Source: an uncultured Phycisphaerales bacterium
GTDB lineage: Bacteria; Planctomycetota; Phycisphaerae; Tepidisphaerales; Tepidisphaeraceae
Direction of reading: 5' to 3'
Length of the DNA: 64,000 nucleotides
Assembly: GCA_963758525.1 (NCBI GenBank)
Contig: CAVWVQ010000003.1
Span: forward strand, 1 to 64,000
Part shown: one piece after another, positions 1 through 9,785 of the stretch
How the letters are laid out: every line of letters begins with the position of its first letter
How positions within the stretch are numbered: position 1 is the stretch's first letter
Notes under the pieces: model-generated
The model's input: only the letters and a program-made list of their open reading frames with translations
Databases searched by the model: none
Told to the model about the DNA's origin: nothing
Made by a program: the position numbers and the translations under genes

Positions 1-2
1 GT

Positions 3-134
3 GTAACTGTTTACCGTGCCGGAAATACCTCGAATTATGGGGCGGAAATTCAGAGAAGTCGAACTTCCTGCCCGTGGGCGGCGAAAATCATCGGGAAAAT
101 ACTGTTGGACAGTGACCGCACGGTAAACAGTTAC
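3..134. repeat. 17-bp perfect inverted repeat pair (possible MITE/IS ends)
   Basis: GTAACTGTTTACCGTGC (3-19) is the exact reverse complement of GCACGGTAAACAGTTAC (118-134). Confidence 0.7.
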
Positions 135-174
135 GCCCTCGTTTCTTTGAATTGGCTTATGACCCCTTATCCGA

Positions 175-701
175 CCCTTTGGTCGGATCGGAACGGGTTC
201 CGACGGAAGCAGGAATATCCTCCTGAACCGACTTCATCGATTCCCGACAATCATTACCTCCCTGATGCGAGCGTGGGAGCGCGAATTGGCACGGATGCCA
301 TGACCTTGGCGATGCAGACCGTCTATCGTGGACGGGGCAGTCATGAAGGCATTTTTCACGTTCACATTCATGGCCACAAAGGCCGGACGCCCATGAGCGA
401 AACCGACTCGCGAGAGATCCCGAAAATGATCTCAGGATTTCAGTCCGCCGGACCACACGCCGCGCACGGAATACTGATTCTGAGTCTGGATCACGGGTCG
501 TGCTGGATCTGGCTGCCGGGTGCCTCTGATCCCGTCCTGGCCAGCGTAATTCACGTATCGGGTCCGCCAATTCGCGTGTTCGAACAGGTCCAGCCACACA
601 AGCCTCTGGCGACCGCCAAGTCGGCCAGCCCGGTCACGCCGCCGGTGCAACACGGATTGATCCGGGGCGCATGGGGATGGTTGAGGAAATGGTTTCTGTG
701 A
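175..701 (+). CDS. Prokaryotic JAB/MPN (JAMM) metalloprotease, deubiquitinase-like; 5' end apparently truncated or frameshifted
   Basis: JAMM-type motif HIH-x8-S-x2-D (HIHGHKGRTPMSETD); directly upstream of a ThiF/E1 gene; no convincing start or N-terminal Glu motif seen. Confidence 0.7.
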
Positions 702-709
702 AAGGGCAA

Positions 710-1516
710 ATGAATAGAGCCCGATATTCAAGGCAGTCGTTTCTGGGGCCTGATTCCGAGGGGCGGCTTGCGGCCTGCAAGATTGCCGTAACCGGTTTGG
801 GCGGCGGCGGATCTCACATTGTTCAGCAACTGGCCCATCTGGGATTTCGGCGATTTGTGATTTACGATGACGATGTCGTGGAGGATTCGAACCTCAATCG
901 TCTCGTGGGGGCTACGAGTTCGGACGTCCGTGCGGCAACGGCGAAGGTTGACACGGCCATCCGAATGATCAAGGGACTTCAACCCGATGCCATGATCGAG
1001 GATATGCGGCCTGCAAATGGCAGGAAAGACCGGAGGCAATGCGCGAGTGTGACATCGTGTGCGGCTGCGTCGACAGCTATAAAGGGCGGGAAGAACTTGA
1101 AGTGTCGTGCCGACGGTACCTGATACATTACATCGACATCGGGATGGACGTTCACGGGCAAGAAATCCGATCATCGGTGGTCAGGTGATACTCTCATCCC
1201 CAGGCGGTCCCTGCATGAAATGCATGGGATTTCTGACCGACGAAAAACTCGGACGGGAGGCTGCGGCGTTTATGGGAAGGCAGGAATTCGGCCGCAGGTA
1301 GTTTGGTCCAACGGGATGCTGGCTTCGGCAGCGGTGGGATTGGCCGTCGATCTCGCGACCAACTGGACTCAGAAAAGTCGGCAATATGCGTATCTCGTTT
1401 ACAATGGAAATGACGCATTGATGGCGGACAGTCTCACACTGCGAAAAATTCAGAACACTACCTGCAAACACTTTCCGCCGGACGGTATCGGCGATCCGGT
1501 TGTAGTCGAACTGTGA
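710..1516 (+). CDS. ThiF/E1-like ubiquitin-activating adenylyltransferase (several frameshifts)
   Basis: RYSRQ, GLGGGGS nucleotide-binding loop, DDDVVEDSNLNR, CVDS, CMKC and a C-terminal CKH, spread over ORFs 671-1123, 1107-1301 and 1220-1516. Confidence 0.85.
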
Positions 1517-1584
1517 TTTCCAATTGGCGGTGGATTCTGGCGGAAACGCTGATGATCTACAGTGACCTAACCAACGGAGGATCT

Positions 1585-1795
1585 ATGAAAGAACCAGGAT
1601 TAGACAATCGTCATCGTGACCAAGCGTTGCCGAAGTCTGGGCAGATTCAACGGAAGCGCGGCGACACGCTCAATAAAAACTTGCCAAAGCCGATTCCGCA
1701 GTTTTCGCCCAATGCGAAACTTGACACCATGCCGCAAGGAAACGGGCAAAGTCAGCGTCGAAGGCGTGCGAGGTGCAGCAGAAAGCCGCCGTTGA
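1585..1795 (+). CDS. Small basic hypothetical protein (~70 aa after one inferred 1-bp correction)
   Basis: GGAGG RBS before ATG 1585; MKEPGLDNRHRD...QIQRKRGDTLNKNL...; the alternative frame continues MRKETGKVSVEGVRGAAESRR*. Confidence 0.55.
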
Positions 1796-2231
1796 CCCCT
1801 TGGCTCGCGTGCGGGACAGTCGCCCGGAAGGCGCGGCGGCAGGTGGGGCGCGGCTGGCGATCTTAACGGCTGATTTGGCGTCGGACCGATGCGATGTCAG
1901 ATACTGTAGGACCTAATGAGCGAAGGCGGGTAGACTACTATCCCACCTGCCGATCGTCGGAAGTCAACGAGTTGCTGGTCGAGGTGTTGGCTGGGTAGAT
2001 CACCAGACAGGAAGGTACCGCCACTTCCTGCCCCACGTCACCCATGACGCCATTGCTGGCGGATTTTCGGCTGAAATGCGACCGGCCCAGGCATCAAGTT
2101 CGACGAACGATGGGCGTGAATTGTTCGGATCGATTGTCTCAAGCAAAGGCATTGGTAGCTAGAGGTCGGCGCGGTTATTACACGAGCACCAGCTTTGACA
2201 AGCTGTTTTCTCTGGCGAGGTGAATGTTGCG

Positions 2232-2956
2232 ATGCATGGCACCAGTAAAGACGTGAGGATCGAAAGGATCTTGACGCGGCTGAAGTTCATCGACCGAGAT
2301 TTTTCGGAATCTATTGAGCCCTTGCCGGAAAGGTGGAATGGCTCTGGTCAGAGCATATGGCCGGCAGGTTAGACGAATCGAAGGCGTCGCGCTGCATGGC
2401 GACCGACATCGACATGTTTCATGTTGAATTCCGATCGCTATTCGATTACGTGGCTACATTTGTTCACATCATCGCAATTGCCCCAGGTGAGGTATCGGCC
2501 AACAACTTTGGATCGCTGCTCGGGCTTGTCGCGGCAAAAGATAAGCCGCGTGTGCGTCCGGCACTCGGTCCGGACCTCGCGGACCTCCTCCTAACATGCG
2601 ATTGGTTTACTAGGCTCCAGCAAGCCAGGGATGCAGGCGTGCATCAAGGGGGATTTGCCATCGTTTTCCCCGCGCAACTTGGTATTGATCAGGTCGCTTT
2701 TCAAACCTACGAGCAGAACGGCAATCCACTGATCGATCTACCGGAGGTCATGTTCAATCCGCAGGTCGTTTACTTCTCCGGTTATGCTGCGGTGCTGATT
2801 GCCTACCTCGCGCTGTTTTTAGATCAACTTGCGAGACCGTTCTGCCGAGGCTCACTCTCCAACAGGTCGATAGCGAACCCAGGTCTTATCATCCCGACTG
2901 GGCCACGCTGCTGGCGCCAGTACCATCGGTTGATTCAGAAATCGGAAGGCAAATAA
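2232..2956 (+). CDS. Putative HEPN-domain protein (Cthe_2314-like); start uncertain, frameshifted
   Basis: Helical ORF with EFRSLFDY and an R-x4-H motif (RDAGVH). Confidence 0.5.
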
Positions 2957-3080
2957 AGATATCCGCTTCACGCCGCCCGATCCGGATTGTTCCGTCTCGG
3001 GTCGATCGGCGGCGATGCTGCTGATAGCGAAGCAATTCCTCATGACCGATCGCCGCTCTCCCTATTCAATCCCGCGGCCA

Positions 3081-3783
3081 TCAAGTGAACCGTTCCAATA
3101 AGCGAACTTCGGCAGCGCCGGAAACCGGCCGACCCAAGTAAGTTCGGATAAGTTTTGCAACTTCCTTGGGCTTTCCGCTGGTCTCCACCGTAACGTCCGC
3201 CGCCATTTCCAGCAGATGGTCGAGACCCGCTTCGATGAGGAGTTTCCGAACTTCGATGTCCGCGTTCAAATCCGCAAACACGAAGCTCTCGATCCGATCG
3301 AGGGTCATCGTCTCGATACCGTGCCGGTTGACGCGAAGTCGCTTACGGATCTTCTCGTGTTCGGGCGTACCTGCCATCGTGGCGAAGAGGAACGTGCGAA
3401 TAACAATGCCCGACGGTGTCAACTCAGGGACGAAGTAGCCAATTCGGTGTGGGCCAACCCGGAATTCGATCAGGGGACCGTCGGCGATCCTCGGAATGAC
3501 CACGGGCTCCTGGAGCGAATGTAGATCGCCACCCACGGTAAAAAGGTATTGGCCTCCAGTCGGGTGTCGCTCAAAAAATCTGCGTATCGCGTGACTCTGC
3601 ATTTGTACGGGGATCGGATCAACGGAATCTGAGAGCCCAAATGCTTTCGGCGTGCCCTGCACCCAGTCCCCTTCAGGATCGTCGAAATTAGTCAGGCCCA
3701 CTTGAAACACCGGGCGGCTTTCTCGGTCAATGATGACATTCTGTTCGCGGGCTGGGAGCTGGCGGCGGCGGAAAAGGGGACAT
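3081..3783 (-). CDS. Hypothetical protein (5' part frameshifted or truncated)
   Basis: 209-aa ORF 3081-3710 with normal globular composition; family not recognised. Confidence 0.5.
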
Positions 3784-3849
3784 CCAACATTATTGCGAAT
3801 CGGGTGTCATCTCCGTTTTGCTTTGCGTTCCGTCGACGTGCCCTTGCCG

Positions 3850-4130
3850 CGATCGGCGCCGCGTTTGGGCTTGGGCGGTCTGCCGCGCGGACGAAGCGTG
3901 AACTCCAGTCCGAGCCGCTTGGCCGTTCGCTGGACCCATTGCGGCTCGCCAAAAGGCCTGCCCCGCTTAAGGCTTAGACGCACCGCGTCAAGCTCCGCCT
4001 GAGGGGTATCGCATCGACGATCGGTTGCCAATCGGCCGGGCGATCCACCGGCGAATCGGAAAGCAGCTCCATTACTTTCCCGGCGGCACGATGGGCAAAG
4101 CTCGTCCATCGCCATCCCAATGCATCGCGG
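3850..4130 (-). mobile_element. C-terminal relic of a REP-associated/IS200-like tyrosine (Y1, RAYT-type) transposase
   Basis: WRWTSFAH and ELDAVRLSLKRGRPFGEPQWVQRTAKRLGLEFTLRPRGRP match the C-terminus typical of this class; HUH catalytic part absent. Confidence 0.6.
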
Positions 4131-4449
4131 GCGAGCTTCGCGCAAGGCGAAAGATTGCACGGTGGGAAACAATTGCGCTGTGGAAGAAGTATTACACCGA
4201 CAGCGTGATGAAATCGTCCTTCGCCACATGTTTTGCATGGAATGCGGTCTCGGTCGCCGCGGCGGCGCTGATGGCGTCCGCCGCGTTCGGATGTCCCCGA
4301 CGACGGCAGGTGGCCGTCCTCTGCCCCGGGAGCAGTCGGCCCGGCCCGTGCGAGCAGATCCGAAGACGGCTCGGGGGCGAGCCGGCTCTCCCAGCGTGCC
4401 GCACACATGAATTCCAATACAGATGATTTACCGACCGCCATCCACCTTA

Positions 4450-5337
4450 AATTGAAAATCGAAAAATGACTGGATGCTATCGAGCCATCCGAACCGGTTG
4501 ATCATGTTTTCGCCATGATCCTTGCCGGGGCGCTCGACGAGCGTTGCCGCGACGCCGACTTTGCGTAAGGCGTCAGCGAGCTCGCGGCTCTGGGCGATCG
4601 GGACGACCGGGTCCCCAGAAACGTGCTCGATCAGGAAGGGGGGGTTGTCCCTGCTGACATAATGAATTGGACTGGCGGCGAGCGAGTTGCTTATGGTCGG
4701 CGATGGGGCCGCCGAGGAGTTTGTCCACGGGGTTGCCGGGCCGGTCCGCGTGAAGCGAATCGTTGGGGGTTGCCTGGGAGAGAATAGTGAGCAAATCAGT
4801 CGGCCCGTACCAGTCGACCACCGCCTGCACGCGGTCGCTCTGCTGCTCGTTTCCGCCTATGGGAGTGAAGGCGTGCTTTCCGCCAGCGGTGCCCAGCAGA
4901 GCAGCTCAGGTGCCCGCCGGCGGAGTCGCCCCAGACGCCGATGCGATTGGAGTCGAGATTGTATTTCGCGCTGTTGGCACGGAGGAACCGGATCGCGGCC
5001 TGGCAGTCCTGAATCTGAGCGGGAAATTTCGCCTGCGAGCTCCATCGGTAGCTGATGCTGACGGCGGCATAACCACGATTGGCCTCGGCCAGCACCAGCA
5101 TCCGTCCTTCGTGCCGGCTTCCCATCCGCCGCCATGAATGTAGACGATGACCGGAAGCGGCCGGTCGCGCTTTGGAAGGTAGAGGTCGAGCGATTGGGCA
5201 GGCCCGCCGCCGGGGACGTATTCGATATCGCGCACAATCGTGACGTCGGGGTTTAGCTCTACGGGTTGACCTTTGTTCCCGATGAAGGTGATTGCCGCCG
5301 ATGCGAGGATGCAGATAGAGATTCCTACTGAGGACAT
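4450..5337 (-). CDS. Alpha/beta hydrolase (HSL-like esterase/lipase), frameshifted
   Basis: LDLYLP, HGGGW oxyanion motif, GDSAGGH nucleophile elbow, VVDWYGPTD across three frames. Confidence 0.85.
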
Positions 5338-5387
5338 GCGTCACTCCGATATGGGCGGCTTCGCGCGGCTCCCTTTGCGGTTGAAAC

Positions 5388-6170
5388 TTAAAGCGTTCGC
5401 GTCAAACCCCCGTCAATATCGATGATCGTTCCCTGTAAATACGCCGAACGCTCGCTGGCGAGAAATGCGACCGCGTCGGCGATCTCCTCCGGTTCGCCGA
5501 ATCGGGCGATGCCCATCGCATCCGTCATTTTTTCCGAAGCGGCGTTCACGCTCAAACCGGAATCCGCCGCAAGTTTCTCGATTCGTGCCGTCAGGCGATC
5601 GGTACGGATGGAGCCGGGGTTGATGGCGTTGACGCGAACATTTTCTTTCACGCCTCGGTCGGCGAGGCACTTGGTGAAATTGAGCATGGCGGCGTTGACC
5701 GATCCGCCGATCGTGAATTCAGAGCTGCCAGTCCGGCCACCGACGCCGGCAATGTTGATGATTGTCCCGTGCGATGAGATGAGGTGTGGCCAGGCCGCGC
5801 GACTCAATCGGACGGCGCCGAAGAATTTCAGCGCGAAGCCGTCGGTCCAATCTGATTCGGTGAGGTTCAGGAAATCGCCGCGTTTTGTAGCGCCGGCATT
5901 ATTGACCACCAGGTCGATTCGACCGAATTGTTTGATCGCCGCGGCGACCAGTTGCGCCGGCGCGTCCGGCTGGCGCAGGTCCGCCGGAAAACTGAAGGCC
6001 CGCCCTCCTTCGGCTTCGATTTGCCGGGTCACATCCGCGAGTTTCGCCGCGTCGCGCGCTGTGACCCCGATCGACATTCCCTCACCCGCCAGGCGGAGTG
6101 CAATGGCGTGGCCAATTCCACGGCTCGCGCCGGTGACCAAAGCGATTTTTCCATTCAGGTTAAGATTCAT
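5388..6170 (-). CDS. SDR family NAD(P)-dependent oxidoreductase
   Basis: TGASRGIG, NNAG, VNAINPG, IDIDGG motifs. Confidence 0.92.
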   Translation of the reverse strand: MNLNLNGKIALVTGASRGIGHAIALRLAGEGMSIGVTARDAAKLADVTRQIEAEGGRAFSFPADLRQPDAPAQLVAAAIKQFGRIDLVVNNAGATKRGDFLNLTESDWTDGFALKFFGAVRLSRAAWPHLISSHGTIINIAGVGGRTGSSEFTIGGSVNAAMLNFTKCLADRGVKENVRVNAINPGSIRTDRLTARIEKLAADSGLSVNAASEKMTDAMGIARFGEPEEIADAVAFLASERSAYLQGTIIDIDGGLTRTL

Positions 6171-6384
6171 GGAGCTCCATGGAATTTACCGGCGGCTCGC
6201 CCCTGCATCGTGGCCCAGGCCCGGGCCAGGCGGGCAATGCCGCCAGCCTGGATGATTTTATATCTTCATGACCGCCGGATCGGGCTGCCGTTTGCGCCCT
6301 GTTGTGCTTCTGATCGGCGCCCGCGAACAAATCCGTGTCGAGCCATTTCGGTTCCTTGCAGTGCTCCGCTATGTTACTGCCCCC

Positions 6385-8268
6385 ATGGCTGCGGCGATTA
6401 CGACGGTTGGTTTGCGAACCCGGTTACTGCTCACCCATACGCTGCAGCGCCTTGGTTTCAGCGAGAACTCAATTCTCCTGCCCCTTGCGCTGATCGTCGG
6501 GGTGATCACCTCCGCCGCCGCCGTCGGGTTTCACCTGCTCATCGACGGCATCCGCGATTTTCTTTATCAAAGCCCCGGCCCCGACTTCCTGTACGGAAAG
6601 GGAATCCTGCTGCTGGCGCTGTTTCCGACCCTGGGGGGGCTGGTTGTCGGGCTAGTCACGTCTTACGTGTTGCGCACTCGTGAAGGACATGGCGTCGTCG
6701 ATGTCATGGAATCGGTCCTGCGAAACAGCGGGGTGATCCAGCCACTGTCGGCACTCGAGAAAATTCTCACCAGCGCGGTGACGATTGGGAGCGGCGGCTC
6801 TGCGGGCGCGGAAGGGCCGATCGTACAAATCGGCGCGGCGATCGCCTCCGGCGTCGGAATGCTTTTCCAGGTTGCCCGGCCGCATATGCCCGTATTAATT
6901 GGATGCGGTTGCGCCGCCGGAATCAGCGCGATTTTCGATTCGCCAATCGGCGGCGTCCTTTTCACCCTCGAGATCATCCTTCTGGATTTTTCGATCCGCA
7001 CGTTTGCGCCAGTAGTTCTGGCCAGCGTAATTGCCAATGTCTCGACGCACGCCATTCTTCTACACGTGGCTCCCCATTCGCCGAATGCCATTTTTGCACT
7101 GCCGCCCAGTGCAATCCTCGATATTTCTGCTCTTGCCTGGCGGAGCGTTCCCAATTTTCTGGTGTTGGGGCTCTTCTGCGGAATCGCCGGCATGGCTATG
7201 ACGCGGCTGATGTACTGGACCGACGATTTTTTCCACCATCATCCGGTCCCCCGTCCCATCCGCCCGGCGCTGGGAGGCGCGGCCGTTGGGATCGGTGGTT
7301 TGATCTATGTAATCGGATTCGGGTGGCTGATGCTGGGGCGCGCTAAGCCCTTCGATTTTCCCAGTTATCCGATGCCCGCGTTCTACGGGGACGGATATGG
7401 CGCTGTGCAGCAATTGTTCGGCGCAGCCTTTTACGGCCGCTTTCACCTGGCGCAGGTCCTTCTGCTCCTGAGCTTCTTATGCGTCGCCAAGATCATCGCC
7501 ACCTGCCTCACGCTCGGAAGCGGGGGAAGCGGGGGAATCATTGCCCCGTCACTCTTCCTGGGAGCGACGGCCGGTGCATTGCTTGGCGTGGTGCTCCGCG
7601 CGCTTCATCTCAATGCCGGTGTCGAACCCGGACTCTACGCGCTGATCGGAATGGGAGCGGTGCTCGCCGCGGTGGTCCATGCGCCGCTGGCATCCGTTCT
7701 CATTCTCGTCGAGGTTACCGATCGCCATAATATCATCGTGCCGGCAATGCTCTCTTCGGTAATGGCGACGGGCACCGCCCGGCTTTTGTTTCCCGATTCC
7801 ATCTACACGCTTGCCCTGCGCCGTCGCGGCGTTCGCGTCGGCAGCAGCGCCGACCTTTCCATTCTTCGCCGCATGATCGTCGAACAGGTCCCTCTCGAAC
7901 CGGTCACTGCGCTGCCCATCGATGCACCGTTCGAGCGGCTGCTGGTGCTCAGCGAGGCCACGTCGACCACGGATATCGTCATTCTCGATAAGAACGGCAA
8001 TTACTACGGCATGGTCACCGCTAACGACATCAATACCGCGCTGGTTCAACGCGAAGCGATACCGCTTCTCCTGGCAGGAGATGTGGCCCGCGCCGAGTTA
8101 CCCCTGGTTCATACCGGGGACGATCTGGCCGGTGTTCTCGAAACTTTCTCACGATTCGAGGTTGGAAGGCTTCCCGTCTCTTTCGCCCGGAATTCCGCGA
8201 GGGTGGTTGGCGTCATCAGCCGTGGCACCTTGATGAGCAAGTATCACGATGCGCTCTCGCAATCGTGA
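6385..8268 (+). CDS. ClC family chloride channel/H+:Cl- antiporter with C-terminal CBS pair
   Basis: GHGV, GSAGAEGP, GGIIAP and SIY motifs, many TM helices, CBS-like tail. Confidence 0.92.
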   Translation: MAAAITTVGLRTRLLLTHTLQRLGFSENSILLPLALIVGVITSAAAVGFHLLIDGIRDFLYQSPGPDFLYGKGILLLALFPTLGGLVVGLVTSYVLRTREGHGVVDVMESVLRNSGVIQPLSALEKILTSAVTIGSGGSAGAEGPIVQIGAAIASGVGMLFQVARPHMPVLIGCGCAAGISAIFDSPIGGVLFTLEIILLDFSIRTFAPVVLASVIANVSTHAILLHVAPHSPNAIFALPPSAILDISALAWRSVPNFLVLGLFCGIAGMAMTRLMYWTDDFFHHHPVPRPIRPALGGAAVGIGGLIYVIGFGWLMLGRAKPFDFPSYPMPAFYGDGYGAVQQLFGAAFYGRFHLAQVLLLLSFLCVAKIIATCLTLGSGGSGGIIAPSLFLGATAGALLGVVLRALHLNAGVEPGLYALIGMGAVLAAVVHAPLASVLILVEVTDRHNIIVPAMLSSVMATGTARLLFPDSIYTLALRRRGVRVGSSADLSILRRMIVEQVPLEPVTALPIDAPFERLLVLSEATSTTDIVILDKNGNYYGMVTANDINTALVQREAIPLLLAGDVARAELPLVHTGDDLAGVLETFSRFEVGRLPVSFARNSARVVGVISRGTLMSKYHDALSQS

Positions 8269-8311
8269 GATCGGCGACTCGTTGAATCACGCAATTCGTT
8301 GAAAGTTAAGC

Positions 8312-8352
8312 GTTGGACGTTGAACGTTTAGATCGGACCCTCAACGTCCAAC
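8312..8352. terminator. Hairpin between convergent genes
   Basis: GTTGGACGTTGA (8312-8323) / TCAACGTCCAAC (8341-8352), 12-bp perfect inverted repeat between the ClC and coaB stops. Confidence 0.45.
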
Positions 8353-8375
8353 TTCAACGGTTCAAACTGTCGACG

Positions 8376-9011
8376 CTAAAACAAGCCGTTTGCCCGCGCG
8401 AGCAGGATTTCTGCGAAGGCGGACTTGGCCTGTTCGGGCAGTGCTTCCTCCCGGCCGTCGCGCCAGATCAGGACCGGGCGAATGCCTGGACTGTTCATTG
8501 TTTCAATCGGATTATAGACGATCAGGTCGAGCTGTTTGCGCCTCGAGTTTCTCCCGCGCCCGCTGGATGTTTTCACCCGATTCGAGGCTGAAGCCGACAA
8601 TTCGCTGATCCGGACGCCGAGTGCGGGCGGCTTCAGCCACAATATCCGGCGTCGCTTCGCATTCGATCACGAGCTTTCCCGCGCGATCCATTTTGCCGGT
8701 CTGCGCCGAGACGGGGCGGTAGTCGGCGACGGCCGCCGCCATGATCAGCAGATCGTGATTCGGAAATTCGCCCAGCACTGCCGCGTGCATCTGCGCGGCG
8801 GTCTGGAGATCGATGCGGCGTATCCCGGTTGGCATGGAGACCGTCAACGGGCCGGCAATGAGCGTGGGAAGATGCCCTCCGGCAATGGCCGCGCGCAGAA
8901 GCGCTGCGCCATCGCGCCGCTGCTGCGGTTGCCGATGTACCGGACCGAATCGATAGGTTCAAAGGTCGGGCCAGCGGTAATCAGGATTCGCATCGCTCGA
9001 TCATCGCTCAT
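8376..9011 (-). CDS. coaB: Phosphopantothenate--cysteine ligase (stand-alone CoaB domain), frameshifted
   Basis: [49 protein letters not shown]. Confidence 0.85.
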
Positions 9012-9042
9012 AGCCGTTACCGGCGAAACTGCCAGGGACGGG

Positions 9043-9610
9043 CTATGCGGTTCGTGTCGCGTCGTCATTGACGCCAGAGCCACGGCGCCACGACTGGGTC
9101 ACCGACTGCAGCCGGTTCGCAGTGGCGCGTAACCAACCAGAAGCCGCTACGGCCTCGACCGGCTTCTCGTTGCCAATGCTGGGTTTGCTTCCTGAATCGC
9201 CTTCCTCCGCAGCCGCCGGATTAAGTCCTGCTGACGGCTGAGCGGGATGGATCACGATCTCGAATGTCGCGCCGACAATAAATTGACTTCCGCCAAATCC
9301 GCCGGGCTCGCAACGGGCGACTTTGCAGAGAATTCGCGCCGCCAACCCATGCTGCCCCGAGAACTGGATGACGAATTCCTGCCCAACCTCCATGGCTTCC
9401 GGGCAGAGCAGCCCGACGCCAGCGATGGAAATGTCGCGACACGATCACGACTTCGTCCATGCCTTCCAGGCCACGACTCAGTGTCGAAACCGTCGCCCGG
9501 GCGGCAAGTGGAACACGCTCGTGCTTCCGCTTATCGTTCGTGGTCTGACGGGCTGACGCAACAGCACGCAAACCTGCAATCTCCGAAAATAGTTCCGCGG
9601 ACAACTCCAT
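9043..9610 (-). CDS. PilZ-domain protein, frameshifted
   Basis: DKRKHERVP (RxxxR) followed by a DISIAG-like strand in the shifted frame and ILCKVARC...VGATF. Confidence 0.65.
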
Positions 9611-9785
9611 AAAATCCCATTCCTCTTTACTGGCTGGAACAGGTATCAAATATGAATCGTTCCAATGCAAATGGCCCAGACGGCGCCGTAGTACACAAAC
9701 CGCCTGCGGCAGAAAAAAACCGCCACCCGCATCCTCACAATCGAGTTTTTGGCGGTAGGTCCTAATAGGTACAGAGGGTAATTCG

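Noticed and set aside
1..136. Integron attC site
   Set aside because: Ends (GTGTAAC/GTTACGC) fit RYYYAAC/GTTRRRY poorly; no extrahelical-base pattern, no repeated sites, no intI
4192..4410. Possible phosphatase (SpoIIE-like) fragment
   Set aside because: Only a weak DD-x-T-like ending; insufficient support
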